Shown one piece after another: positions 37,301 to 52,500 of a stretch of DNA of 64,000 nt (the first letter of the stretch is position 1; each line of letters opens with the position of its first letter). The notes under the pieces were generated by a model that had not been told where the DNA came from, ran no database searches, and saw only the letters and a list, made by a program, of their open reading frames with translations. The DNA lies in NCBI RefSeq assembly GCF_026571515.1, contig NW_026864155.1, positions 310,001 to 374,000 of the forward strand, in the 5' to 3' direction. Source of the DNA: Ruditapes philippinarum. Lineage: Eukaryota. A program made the translations under genes and the position numbers.

Positions 37301-40300
37301 TTTGCCCTATATTTGTGTTGTGTTTTGCAAGTAAAACCTTTCTCTGCTATTCTGTATACATGTGTTACAATTCTTAATAAAATTTCGTCTATGAAAAGAA
37401 GATTTAATTTGTAGATAAAAACAGACAAGAAGTTGCTGCAGAGTTTTCATTTCAGCTTACAAATTTGGTCAGCTAATGATTGGAATTGATATCTTTGATG
37501 CTAGATATATGGAACATTTCCACTTATTTAAATTGTCTACAAATATAGCTTATCCCTTGCTTTTTTTATCCAGAAATTCCCTTGACTGTTCTCAAACTTA
37601 TTCAGTTATAGCAATCGACAGTTGCATAACTGATCTGCTGCTTTGGGTTTGAAGTGTACGCATCATTAGTGTTGGTTTTTAAATAATCTTTTACTTCATG
37701 AAGTAATATAAGTTAGATAGTTGCCTAATAAAATAAAAAACATTAATTCTTGAATTGTTAAAAAACATCTTGTTCAAATACAAAAAATGTAAAAATAATA
37801 ATTTAATATTAACGCACAGTCATGTTTAGTTTAGACTCCAACATTTTTTTTTTTCATGGAATGTGTGGCATATAAACAAACTTCAAGGAGTTTTTTGCAA
37901 GAGTATGAATTAAGAAATTAAAAGTATTATATTTGCCATCAGTTCTGTAAATGCTTAATAACATTTTCTTATACAATTTCTACATACGGATAGAAGGGCA
38001 GACTTTCTTAAATTTTGCACAATTAAAAAGGGTGTTTAAAATGAATTTTAAGGGATTAAAGTGGGGTCACCATCCTACTTATTTATTTATTCAGCCCTGG
38101 AAGTGATTTTTAGGTCATTTTCAAATGCAGAAATCAATCAAGACACATGTTCTTTTTAGGTCTAAACTATAAATGGCTGTGCATATGAAGTATAGATTTC
38201 AACAATTCCTAGCATAGCTTTTAACAAACCTATAAAGCCACATGTCATAGTTTTAAGATGTAAATTGTTTATCATAATTGTGTGATTGAAATTTTTATTG
38301 TCATTTACATATAGAATGAATTATTCTGTCAAGCTTAAGTTCTGATTATAATAAATTATACAGAAAACAAAATATTTTTACAAAATTGTTGACTACTCTT
38401 TTGTAAGAGAGGCTGTAACTTCAAGAATAACTGACATGTGGCTTTTTTTATACATCATCATTCCATGACATTCCAGATAGACAAGCATGATCTTGTGTTT
38501 GTGTTGTACATTTTGTTGCAATCTTTAATGCAAGTACATGTACATAATTATATCTACATGTAAATGTATAGAGCTAATCTTCATTTCCATCTGATAACAG
38601 CATCATTTACCAGTTTAGGTTTTAGTGTTCCAGTGGATATTGGGCTCAGAAACCAGATTAACAAAAAAATCTGAATCATGATTAAGCCATTGAGAGGGTA
38701 AACCTTCTTAATATTTCATTGCACCCTGTACTTTCAGTTCTAGTAGCGGAAATTATGCACCATTTTTTCCCTAAAATGGTTGAAATGCATAACTATTGCC
38801 CAGCTAATTCAACAGGCACAAAACAATGTAACTGGGACCTCCTTAACAGGTATAGTACAAAGAGTTTAGTTTTCAAAGCAAGTTATTACTGGTTCTTCCA
38901 TCTGTGTGTCACAGAAATTCAAAACTCTTCATGTTTGTTTGTTATAGGGCATACAGATGAAATGTTTGTTCCTTGTCTTCGGGATCATTTTCTTTATAGA
39001 AGAATTTGTTTTTTAATAGTTTTACTAGTTATTTATTTTATTACATTTGTATTATTTTGCATTTCATGGTTTTTGCTTGAATGTGGTTATTTTTTTTGTT
39101 CTAATGTCTAGCTCATTTTATTTTTCATTTTGGGTCTGGGGACCAGGGTCTGGGGACCAGAAACAAACATTTTTTGTTGCCTTATTTTTTATCCATCATC
39201 CTTGTTGTTTTTCATCCATCTTCAAAGCATCAATAAATATTGTAAAGAAAGAAGATTGCAATGTCTGGAATTAGTGGTCTGCTAAAAATCACTTAAAATA
39301 ACAATGGACACATCCAGTTTTACAGCAGGGCATCTCCGTTTGAGGGGGTGGGGACAGCAGGGTGGGGATTGTATAAATTGAAATGAAAGTCCTCAGATCT
39401 ATCCAGATATTGTAATTTCTTTGATTTTTACTTTAACTGATCACCATTTTAAGTAGATAGACTAGTTAACTCCTGTTAGTTAAAACAATATATTGGCTTA
39501 AGAAACCTTTTACTAATGATGATTAGTTAAAACAAATTCCTTGACTTCTGATACCTTTTACTAATGACTTTTTGTTAGTTAAAACAATATATATTGGCTT
39601 CTGATACCTTTTACTAATGACTTTTTGTTAGTTAAAACAATATACTGGCTTTAAAAACATTTCACTAACAAGAAAGCCATCAGATGTATTAGTTTAAGTA
39701 CTTAAAACAAAGAGATTATCAGTCTATAAGTGCTTAAATAAATTAAATACACCGAGGCCGATTATCAATTCTATAAATTTCTAAATCAATAACACCTAAA
39801 GATTGTTTCAAGTTCTTAGTAAATTTACCAAGTGCAAGGAGATCTTGTATTTTTGTTTTTTAATTTTTCAAATGTTAGTTAGGGTTGTTAAATTTTAATT
39901 TCTTTTGCATAATTGTGATAGGAGGTTCATGCAAGTTTTACTTTAAAAATTTAACTTGCATTTATGCCGAGGCATATTATGATTATGATTTAAGGATGAC
40001 TTAATTAAGGAAAAATATTTCTACTGTGTCTAAAAACCAATCGCACTCATTATTATTTGAGTTCTTTTTACATAAAAACAATTTAGCCAAGTTTGGCACT
40101 TTTTAACATAAACCAAAGTAATATAATGATAGAAATATTTAACAATTGCATGAACAGCCTTCATCTCATTGCCTTCATCCATTTAAAAAACTCATGCTTT
40201 TGTTCAGCTTATTTCATTCACTCTTTGGGTTCAAAGGTCAGTTATGTTGTGTTCACTTCAGATCCAAAGCAATAGCACCACGATATTTAATCAAGAGTTT

Positions 40301-43300
40301 CAGCCTGTCTTTTTTATCGCTTTAACAGTATAATCATATAGTTCACAAATTTTCTTTTTTATTGAACAGAGTTGAACAGAGGGTTTTTACATTGGCGTTT
40401 TTGTTGATAGTTAGGTCGTCAGAGTGGATGGAGATATTGCAGATTTTTTTGCTAGTGCACTACATGTACATGTAACGTTAGCTCAATAGTTTGGCGTGAC
40501 TCGATTTTTTTTTCCGCATGGTGTTACTCGATTTTTTCAGTGTTAGTGGCTGAATGTGTAAGGCATTTTTTCCCGGATGAAGGCCTTGTTGATTTACACA
40601 ACTATACCACAGCCAACAATACAAACAAAAAAAAGGAAAACTGGTATTACCTGAACAGGTAAAAATGAATAGATGGATTGATTTTATGTTACCATTAACC
40701 TCATAGGTGATTGGATGAAAATTGATGTATTTTTAGTGTTTTTGTGTACAGTTCAAAAGCGTAGATATTTCTCTTTGGTCAGAAAAAAAATATGAATTTA
40801 TATTTATGTACGAAGTAAACAAATTTGTATTTTTTCTTAATTTTTTTAATCTAATCTAATGATAGGAAAAATCGATGAATATTTGATAATATTTTGTGTA
40901 CAGTACTGCAAGCAAATTTGTACGTATTTTGTTTTTCTTTTAAAGTTTGACCATGATTTAAATAGTGTTCAAGGGATGCAGGATTTTTTCCACAAATTTA
41001 ATATTTCTCCATTTTTTTTTGTTTTTGGTATTCAGACCTTTCTTGAAAGGATGCCAATGTAATTTGTTTTCTACCGGTGTTATGCATTTTCTATTAGGTT
41101 CTAGCATTAAAAGGACTGACGTCCAATTTATTTTCTTTTCTTTTTTTAAAATAATTTATTGAAACTTAAAGCACACAATTTGAGATTCGTTTCACATTAA
41201 CTCTTAGCCTGCTGGTAGCATTTATCATACTTTAAAATTCCGCAAATCATGTTGGCCCGTTTTCACCGCTTTTCAAAACTACTGAATTTATATGATCTGT
41301 TAAAAGCTTTAGGTGAAGTATTTCAATTTTATTTACATAAGAACATTTAAAGTGGATGTCAGTATAATGTTTGCAAACCTTAAGATTTCAAACTGAAGAT
41401 TTTAATTGTACATGAGTATGCTATTCAACATACCATATTTAAATCAAATTTAAAATTAATTTATTCTTCATTTTTCTATACATTTGTATACTTTTCACTG
41501 TGCACAAACCATTTTCCATTGTTTTTCAATGGTATTAGCCCTTAAAGTGCTAGAATTGAAAATAAAAAGCCTTGTCACAAGTATAGATTGAGGCATAGTC
41601 GGCAAAATGGTGGGTCTGTACAAATTGGTAGTATCTGACAGGGCTCTGTGTGCTGATATAAATTTTCATCTTGATATCCCTAAAGTATATAATGGACAGG
41701 GCCAAAATTGGATGCTGGGCAATCCATTATAAAATTCAACAGGAAAATGGTTAAATTCACAAACTATTTTGATAGCATATTTAAAAACTACTTTTTCATA
41801 ATAATTACCTTTGTCTTTTTTATCATTCTGTTCTTTCTGTATTTTGTAGAAATTTTTAAAATGTTCATGTTTATGCTTATAACATACGAACTTGCTATTG
41901 AAAGTTTTGAATTTATTTTCTGATTAACAAAAAACAGGGCTTGAATTTGATATTGCATTTTATATATTTATGGGTTCATGCTCTAAGTTAACATATAATT
42001 TACTTGGACCGAAAGTGATTTAAGCTTTTGCCAGCAATATACAAATTGTTAAGGCATGCCAGCCTCCACATAAGTTTTGTCTGACCTGAGGGTCTATAAT
42101 GTTGGCTCTATAAATTTTTTGACATATTCAGTAATTAGCATTATTCTGATTTAATTTTAAAAATGCTGGAACTGAAGGTGAAGGTCACAAGCATTGAATA
42201 CATACAATATGACTGGACTATTCTATTAATTGACTGTTAACTTCATTTTGATAACCCACCATTCTTTTGTACCCTTTTTAAATTTAATTAACATGATACT
42301 CGTAAAAGATATTTTTTTAAAATTCCCTTTTCAAAATTGTAAAGATTGCATGTGTCAAATCAAGTCCTGTTTTTTTTCTTGATTCTAATTAATAAACTAA
42401 TTGTATTTTAAATACTAACTTGAACAGTTTTCTGCTTTTCTGTAAGTGATGTATATATTTATTATTACATTATTACTATATTTTGCTTTTATTATGTTTA
42501 AAATAAAGAAAAAAGATAAATGTTACTATCCATTAGCTCATATGAGCTAAGTTATGAGAACTTAAAAGTTAGTTTTGTATTATTTTTGGTAAATTGTTTA
42601 ACAAATCAAAGAAATGCTTGTATTATTAAAGTTATGTAACATGTATGGTATGTGACAAATATTGGTCTGATTTTCGTGTTTTCTTTCTGCTACAAGTCAA
42701 AAACTTTTTATGGCACAATTAGCAGCCAGTCCATATGCATGAGAAAGAATAAGAGATTGCTCTGTAATTAAAAATGAGGTTTATTGGAGAAAAAAATGAT
42801 TGCTTTAATAATTGTAACTGAAAAGGAGGTTTATTGTAGAAAAATTATCAATAAAATTTTGTTTTTGAATTTTCAGAAAAGTGTTTTCCAAAATGAACTT
42901 TGAGTTAGCCGATGATGTGATAAATGATTTATGTTTATGTAAACCTGGGATGATTGAGAAGGTCTTACTCATGTTACAAGTAAAGATAAAGAGAGCGGAA
43001 TATGCTAGGGCGCGGAACAGCGACAAACCGGAGGCCGATCAACATCATCACCATCATGATCAGAGTAAGTTTTTGTGTGCCAGACTTTGAATTTACAGTA
43101 TATGAAAACAGCTTTTTAACATCAAAAATCTTTAAGAATGATTATTAATTAAGTAAAAAGAAGTCTAATGTTTAGAACTTATTTAATACTGATCCTAAAA
43201 CGTTTCATTCTACTAAGGTTAAAGATAGTACCTGAACTAAACTTAATGCAAATACCAGATTTGGCTGTTTTGTGGTCCAAGAACAACTTAATGGCTGGTG

Positions 43301-46300
43301 ATCTTACCCAGGTTTTATTTTGTGCCTGAATAAATGTGCAGAGTGTCACCAGATGTGTTGCTCCCACAGTATGGCATGAAAGTCTTAATTTTATTGACTT
43401 AACTCAATCTTGGAAACTTGCATTGTAAATATAACAGTTATAAGAAAAAAGTTAATAAAATCACTATTTTTTTTATGATATCTTAAGAAGACAAGGTATG
43501 AAACAATTATTTTCTACCCTTGTCAACAAATGGTGAATAATTTTATTGAATATAAAAATTTTAATATTTTTTCCCAACAATTCTTTCCAGTATGATAACA
43601 TTATAGAAACGCAGTTTACATTCTATTTGCTTGTATATCAGTTATTGTACATAACATTGTAACTTGTATATAATAGGAACTGTATTTATAGCATGTTATT
43701 CCCTTGTGGCCTTTTTCGTACTGAATAATGAACAATCTTAAACAAACATAGTCTGCCAATTTGAATAAAATTTTGTTTGCTGTTTTATATAGATGGTTAT
43801 TTCAAAAGAAGGTTATGCTTAAAATAATCTTTATAGCTGATTTATATGATTTTGATACTATTCCCAGATAAAAAATAAATTATTAAAATATTTAGAAAAA
43901 GATATTATTTCAAGATACCATCTTAATTAAAAGTGTTTTTAATTAAAAGTGATATAGGACTGTTTATTTTGATAAAAAAAAATTCCATGAAACAAAAATA
44001 GCAAGAACTGTGTGACTTATTTTAAGCATCACATAAAGAAATTGTTACAGATAATTGCATTTTCAAGTTTTATTTTTATATAATGTATGAACTTATGAGT
44101 GTTTACTAAATAAACTAGTTTTGATACTTATGCTGAAAAGTATTTTAAACTCTTCCTTTTATAGTCACTGACGTATAAGTACTTTTAAGTTTGAAAACAT
44201 CACCTTAACTCATAGTGAAAGGGCCTTGTTACTTGATGTATTAGTGAACAGACTTAGGATCACTTGCACCTTACGACTGCAGGTTCAATCCTGCCAGAGA
44301 CCTTTGATTTCTCTTACTGTGAGGAAACTATCCCAATAATTAGCTAAAAAAACGTCAGTGGTTCTACACGGGGTCTGTACTCTCAGTGCCTGAAAAGGCA
44401 GATGGACCTTATTAAACTTAGAACAGGCACAGTGGAATTCCTTAAATAATCCAGGAACATCTGAGGTCTTTCTCCATCATCAAACAAGCTGGAAAGTTAC
44501 CATACAACCTTTATGGTGTTGATTTGACTTAAAAAACCAACAATCTAATATGTGTAGTAATGTGAGTGAAAAAGAAATAATTTTATATTCTTCCAGTGAC
44601 ACCAGGTAGAAAAGGCATGGTTAAAGTTGGTCTTGAAGACACCAAGGGAAGCAGATTTCAAAAAACAAAACAGTGAGTATATATTTAATACAGAGCCAAA
44701 AATGTGGTTTCTTTACATAACTTCTTATTTAGTGCTTTAGAAAGTGTTATGGAAAGTTATAGAAGGTATTATGAAATAAGTGTTGTTTCAAGCGATACAG
44801 TGAGTTTCCTAGATGTGTTACTGTTTTGTTTTTACCCATACACCACCTATAATGTGTATTGAACTTATGTCCCACTTTGAATTTGCAAAATCATTACTAT
44901 TTGTAGGGCACTTATTTTCATGGTTTTCATGAACATGACAATTCATGAGAGTCATTTAAAGACCCATTGAAATTTCATTTTGTCTGCTGTAAGATTATTT
45001 TGCGTCACATTTATTTTTTGCACAAATAGACAATCAATGAATATAATGCCCATGAAAATGCCCTTTTTGACAAAACCACAAAATTTTATGACCACGAAAT
45101 TAAATTAACTCTCAGAATATGGCTCCTGATGAAGAAATTTTTGATATTTTACTAAAATTATCTGTTACTGATCATTTTCTACAGAGACATGGAGAGGCTG
45201 TAAGTGTATTTATGTTACATCAATGACTTGTTGTCAACCTAACTGTCAGTACTTTGATAATTGTTTAACAATTGTATAGATTTTTTCTTTTTATGAAATG
45301 TTTTATTTGCTTTTTAAATTAGAATATCTTAAGAAACCTTAAGGTTATGTTTGTTACCACACAGACTCAGTTTTGAAATGTAGATGAATTTTTTTTTAAG
45401 AATTTTATTTTACTTAGAACACGTAGATAAAAAAATTCACTACTGATTGAAATCAGGAACATGAATGGCTTTAAACTGATAACTTAGACAAAATTAAGTT
45501 TTTATGACAGAATGAGGAAAAAAATGAAATTTCTTCTGTTTTCTTGTGTATTTCATTATTTAATATTTTTCTGTGGCCATCTCTATGGCTGCAATTTTGG
45601 AAATCATCAATTATTTGATATATTTTTACATCTTTATAAATTATAGTCATATTTGTAACTGATACTAATTTGATACTTTTTTTAAGATTTTTATGCAATA
45701 TTTACATTCTTAAGGTAAAAGCAAAGTACGAAAAAATTATATTTCTATAGTAATAATATTGTTAAATGAAAGAATTCTTCTTTAAAATATGGTACTTTTA
45801 CTTTAACAACAGTTACATAGAATTTCCAATGTAAGTGTGCGTTAGTCAGTTTTTTGTTTCTCGTCTAAAATCCTAATTCTGGGCCTGGTTACTGGTACAA
45901 TATTCTATTAATTCCTTCCAATTAACTTACCAATTAATATAGATACTGTACAGTGGGTAATATTTGCGGATGTTTCATTTTCGCTTTTCGGTTTTCAATC
46001 AACCTTGAATTCAAATCTTCCACGAATATTTGCCACTTACGCAACAGGCATATCCATATAAAAAAATGTAAAAAATAAAAAACTCTAGTAATGTCTATAT
46101 AAATCAACAGTGATTAGAAAAAAGACATAATGGACACTTGCAATGGTTTTCGCATGAGGTTATTGTGAGTGAATATTTGGTGAACAATGTTCATAATAAT
46201 CGGCTTTCGTTTTCAAACACTGATTGTTAACTTTCATATACAGACGTTCCGTAAAACAGTTCAACACGGAAAGTCGCAAGTTTTATGCCAGCGTTATCCA

Positions 46301-46553
46301 TTTTGATCGTCGTGAAAACTACAGTGGCTGCTTCTAAACTTAACATCACGAATATATCGAATTTTAGAATTCAGTACTCCGCAAATTTAAAACACGGCAA
46401 ATAAGTTCATTAAAAAAAAAAAACACGAAAATTAGTCCCCGCAAATTAGCCCGCTGTACAGTAGATGTATAATATTTTTTAAATTGTTTCATATGGCCTA
46501 GATTATTAGCTCGACTATTCGCAGAATAATCGAGCTAATGCAGTCACCCATTT

Positions 46554-46592
<39 letters not shown>

Positions 46593-49500
46593 CCTGTGGT
46601 TAAGTTTTTGTATGTAAGCTGGTATCTCCATAACTACTGAAGGGAATGGATTGAAACTTCACACACTTGTTCTCTGTGATTATCTAAGATGATTGGCACA
46701 AGTCCCATAACTCTGAATTGTTTTATTTCATAATTATGCCCCTTTTTCGACTTAGAAAATCTTGGTTAAGTTTTTGTATGTAAGCTGGTATCTCCATAAC
46801 TACTGAAGGGAATGGATTGAAACTTCACACACTTGTTCTCTGTGATTATCTAAGATGATTGGCACAAGTCCCATAACTCTGATTTGCTTTTTTTCATAAT
46901 TATGCCCTTTTGACTTAGAAATTCTTGGTTAAGTTTTTGTATGTAAGCTGGTATCTCCATAACTACTGAAGGGAATGGATTGAAACTTCACACACTTGTT
47001 CTCTGTGATTATCTAAGATGATTGGCACAAGTCCCATAACTCTGGTTTGCTTTTTTTCATAATTATGCCCCTTTTTCGACTTAGAAATTCTTAGTTAAGT
47101 TTTGTGTATGTAAGCTGTTATCTCCATAACTACTGAAGGGAATTGATTGAAACTTCACACACTTGTTCTCTGTGTTTATCTAAGACAATTGGCACAAGTA
47201 CCAATAACTCTGATTTTCTTTTTTACATAATTATGCCCTTTTTCGACTTAGAAATTCTTGGTTAAGTTTTTGTCGTGTAAGCTGGTATCTCCATAACTAC
47301 TGAAGGGAATGGATTGAAACTTCACACACTTGTTCTCTGTGATTATCTAAGATAATTGGCACAAGTCCCATAACTCTGATTTGCTTTTTTACATAATTAT
47401 GCCCCTTTTTTGACTTAGAAATTCTTGGTTAAGTTTTTGCGTGTAAGCTGGTATCTCCATAACTACTGAAGGGAATGGATTGAAACTTCACACACTTGGT
47501 CTCTGTGATTATCTAAGGTGATTGGTACAAGTCCCATAACTCTGAATTGTTTTATTTCATAATTATGCCCCTTTTTCGACTTAGAAAATCTTGGATTAGT
47601 TTTTGTATGTAAGCTTGTATCTCCATAACTACTGAAGGGAATGTATTGAAACTTGAAGAGTTTGTACCTTTTCGGACAATTTTATGTATTCATAGGTAAG
47701 CATTATTATACTCAATGAAACACCCTTGTGACAAATTTTCGAATAGTCGAGCTTTACTGTCCTCCGACAGTTCTTGTTTTATATGTTGAATAATTTTTTT
47801 TTTAAATAATTTTTTTAGTCCATGTTATTGTATAAAATATGATATAAATATTTTTTGTACTTGTATTTTGGGAAGTGTTGTATGATAATGTTAAGAAACA
47901 AACTCCTACAAAAGACTAATTTTATGATGTACTATAGTGTCCAGAGTGCATTTGCAGATTGGCCAAATTTTATATGACTTGCAGAGGCTTTGTTTTGTTT
48001 TGGTTTTAATGGTTTGAAAATTTGCAGGCAAGCAATTATAGAGCCTTTTGTAAGTCTAGATGACTTTCACAGAATGGTCAAACTCTATACTACTTTTTAA
48101 TTTTGGTTTGAGCATTGTAATGATTCAAAATTAGAAATTATTTAGTGAGAGATTTAGTATCTTATGTTGAAAAGGTATCAAAAAGACACTGATAGTATGT
48201 AAGTATCACTGTATGAAGTTGACCCTGACTAAATTTGAAGTGTTTCCAAGAACCTAAATTACATGTTGGTTTTCTTGTGTATGTCGGCTATTATTGTTTG
48301 ATAAGATTTTTTCATATTTACCTCCCTTTGACAAGATTTTGTCATAAAACATTATTTACCTCCCTTTATTTTAATAGGATTTTGTCATAAACATAATTAC
48401 CTCCCTTTATAACTTTCAGTAGGTAGCAGAAAAGCAGTTTAAAGTGAAAGATTTTTTAACCTTCGTCTTGATTGAGATTTTTTATGCCTTTTTCCTCTGT
48501 AAACTCATTGAAGGTGCTATTAGTCAGTTGTTATAAATGAAAGGAGATCAAAAGTCACAAGGCTGTCATGCACTTTGTAGGATTTTTGTTTTTGCTTTTT
48601 TTATCCTTTCTATATATTTTTGTATGTGTCTTTTAAATTATGTTAACAGTAGTTGGCGTGCTGAAAATATTGGTGAATAGTTTACTTAAATTTACTAAGT
48701 AATTGACTGGACATATAATTATGTCGGTTTCAAAAAAAAATCAAGAAGTACTTAATTTCTGTTAGCCTAGAGTTCTTCAAAAACCCAGTGCCTATAACAC
48801 TCCATATGTAATATATAAACGTCATTTTTCATCCTAATTAATGCCATTGTTCATCCTGACTCTTTCCCATATTAAATGTTATTTTTGTAAGAAAAATATG
48901 TAAACTTAACATAAGTGTTTTACATAATTATATATTATAATATATATATTTAGCACAATAACAAAATCGAGATTGGATCTCAACGCTCCATTAAAGCGTA
49001 TAAAGTAAGTACGTGGTGATTTCACTGCTATATCTAGTTGTTGGCCAGTTGTCATTCACGTACCTCATAAAGGAGTATTGAAATATTGTAGCGTAAGAAA
49101 TTTAGAAAACTAAACTATTCGTTCATTCACTTTTTTTTTTGTGTGATTCATTAGGAGAACTGATTTATTGTAGCATAAGAAATTGTAGACAACAAAACTA
49201 TTCGTTCACTTTTCATTTTGTGTGATTCATTAGGAGAACTGAAGTATTGTAGTGTAATAAATATAGAAAAAGAAACTATTCATTCACCTTAGACTGCGTG
49301 TGAGATGCTTATTTTTCGGAAAAAAATATAGAGTAAAATCCTGGAGAAAATAAAGAGTAAAATCTTTTCATTTGAGGAGAATGTGACGTTAGTTAAAGGA
49401 AAGTCTGTTTCAGTCGTGTGTTAGTCTTTGTCTCAAAAAATATGCAGACAGCATCTTATGTGAGGATCTTTCTCCACCAGTAAAAGGATGAAAAGTTGTT

Positions 49501-52500
49501 CATATGTTCTTTATATGTTACCTAAAAACCCGTTAGACAATGATGATTAAATACATGTATGTGTATGGATAACAACTTTAATCATTTAAAACTTTTAGTT
49601 AATCATTGTCCTTGGTGAAGGTCATATTTTTTATTACCATGTACATGTTTATATATAATATATATTGTTTCATAATCTTTTTCTGCTAATGTTTGATACA
49701 AATGTATTTCATAAATGTTTAAGGTATTGTCAGCATATTTCAAGTTGGTAGGTTTTGTTTCATATTTACAGAGAAAAACAGATAACATTCGAACCAAAAA
49801 GGAATCTTGTAAAATTTAAGGAAAATTTCAGTGGAAACAATGAAAAAGGCCAAAGGTACTTTGATGGGGTTATGTGAAAATGACGTATTTATATAAAAGT
49901 TGTTTTATATACATAGCTTGAAAATTCAGATGTTCACAAATATATATACTTTGTTTTGTTCACATGCTTTATAAGCCTTTAGCCCATGCTGCAAGTGGCA
50001 TCTGCCCATGAATCCAGTGCTGACCAAAATCAGCCGACACCTACATGCCATTTGATCATGTTCTGCACTGTTCACTACATTGTATTCAGTCAGTACTTAT
50101 TTTGAAATTTTCCCAAAAATTGATATTATTAAGTTATTTTGTCGAGATTGAAATATATAGACATTCAAGTCTAATAATTTAAAGGGATTTAGCATGGTAA
50201 AAGTTTAACTATTAAGATTAATTTAAAGCAGGTTTTATGGCCCAGTACAAACAGTTGAATGCAGAGACTGGAGGAGTCATGTGACAACCATTTATACACA
50301 GCCATATTATCTGATGAAAGTCCTTATTAGGAATTTTGTAATACTGTATAATAGTTTTACTTTATTAGTTTTAATTTATTCAAATACTTTATGAATTTGT
50401 TGAAGCAAACTGTATAGAACATATACTGTGTCAGTGTGCATAGATAATTTAAAAACTCGTGATTGCCTAAGAAAATTGGCATAATATAAAACAAGACTAG
50501 TTTTAAAATAAATTACTGCAGTCATATTAATGTGATGGAAATTTTCGAAAGCACCTAAACATGTAGATATTTCACCTTCACAATATATGTTTGTGTAGAA
50601 TTGAATTTAAATGCTCGCTTACATGTATGTGTGTTCACAATTGGCTTTCTTGGACTACATTTACAGCCTATTATCAGAGTCTGAACAAATTGTATGATAT
50701 ATCATCATGTAATATGAATGTATGCCTTAACAATTATGTCAATTTTTTTTTATCAAGACAAAATAATGTTACCTTGATATAATTGATAATACATTATTTA
50801 GATATCATATATCATAATTTCTGTGGAGCAGTGACCTAGTGGTTAAGGGGTTTGCCTCTCAACCAACCAGGGATCATGGGTTCGAGCCCTACTCGGGGTG
50901 AAGACCATTTTGCTTCATATGACACCAGTACTGGTAGCAGACTCAAAAATGATCGATAGAAGTTGCAAGAACTTTTTTTCGTAATCTGAAGCTTAAATAA
51001 ATATGTTTAAACTAAACAAATTTCTATGAATTAAATCATTTTAATTTTCTTGTCATATTAATACATTATATGTCATAGGTTTGACATGATTCCACATCAG
51101 CTTTTTCTTTAACCTTTTCCACCCTAAACTTAACCTTTCCACCCTAAATTTATCAAGTGGACATGTCCTACTTTTATTTTGGGACAGACCATTTTTCTTG
51201 TGAGGGATTTTGATATCAGAATGCTAAAATTAAGTAGTATAGAGCCTGGTCAGATGGCTTTGAAGGTAAGACAAATTGGCAAATTCAAAGAAAAACTGCA
51301 CCATTAATATGTAGAGAAATGACAGTTTTGCATTGAATTCCCAAGTTTTGTTATAGAAAATTGGAGTTATTATGGCATAAAAGACCAAAAGATTTCACCT
51401 TGTTAAATGGAAAATGTTTTGTTTTTTTCTGACCAGAAAATACTGTTGTTTTTTACTTTTGTCATAGTTTTTAATTTTTGACCTTGTTTTTCATGTTTGA
51501 CCTAGATTTTCATTTTTGACCTTATTTTCTAACTTTTGTCCAAGTTTTTTTTTTTTAATATTGAACACAGTTTTTTAATTTCTGACCTTGTTTTTATCTT
51601 TAATTTAGTGGTCATGAATACTACAAGTACCTTTCGTAAGTAGTTATATTCAACACTGAACACAAAGCTGTTTGTACAGCACAGTTCTTCTGTTTCTTTG
51701 CATTACATTTAATTCACTGAAAACGGAGAGATTTAGTACCAGGGTTGCCATTTTGACCATTTCTCTAGTACACCAGTCAATTGTAGTGCCGGCCCCTAAA
51801 TCTCAGGTGGGGGGGTGGGGTGAAGGACTGCAGCTGCATTTCCAGGCCCCCCAAGGTGAAAACTTGCAGGACCTGGTCTTACCAAAGGTTAGGTAATCTA
51901 AAAGTCAAAGTTCCTACTACTTAAGAAGTATTCCTCAGTGGTTTGGAGGCTTAAGGTTTACAATTGACTGAACTGTATGTAACAGTATGTTGAACTGTAT
52001 GTAAGTTCATGTTTTTCATTATGATATTTCTTCATTTTCTGAAACTAGATGAAATTAATTTTCAAAGGTTCAGGCCATATTCAAAGCTGAAATATTACAA
52101 AATTATGGCTCCTGTATGTCAATTGGGTAACTGCTTTTATATAATACATGTGCAAAGTCTAATCTGTTAATTTATTACCTAAAATCTTCTGTTTTTTTTC
52201 CAAACTTCTTTTTTTTTTTAATGAAAATACTTTCACTATTCTACTACTCTGGTAAACAGGGTTGTTTTTTTCCACCTATTAATAACAGCTAAGAACTCTA
52301 GAAATTCAAAATAAGGTCATTAAACGAACAAATTTCTAGTTGTCTGGAACACTTGAAATCTAATAAAGTATAAGTGAAGCATTAATTTTAATAGTGCCCC
52401 TAGCCCGGAAGCAACAGATCGCAACTTTTATCATGAGGGTAAATAGAAGCACCTCATGATTAATCAAATTTTCTCATCATGAGTGTACACTGTGCATAAG

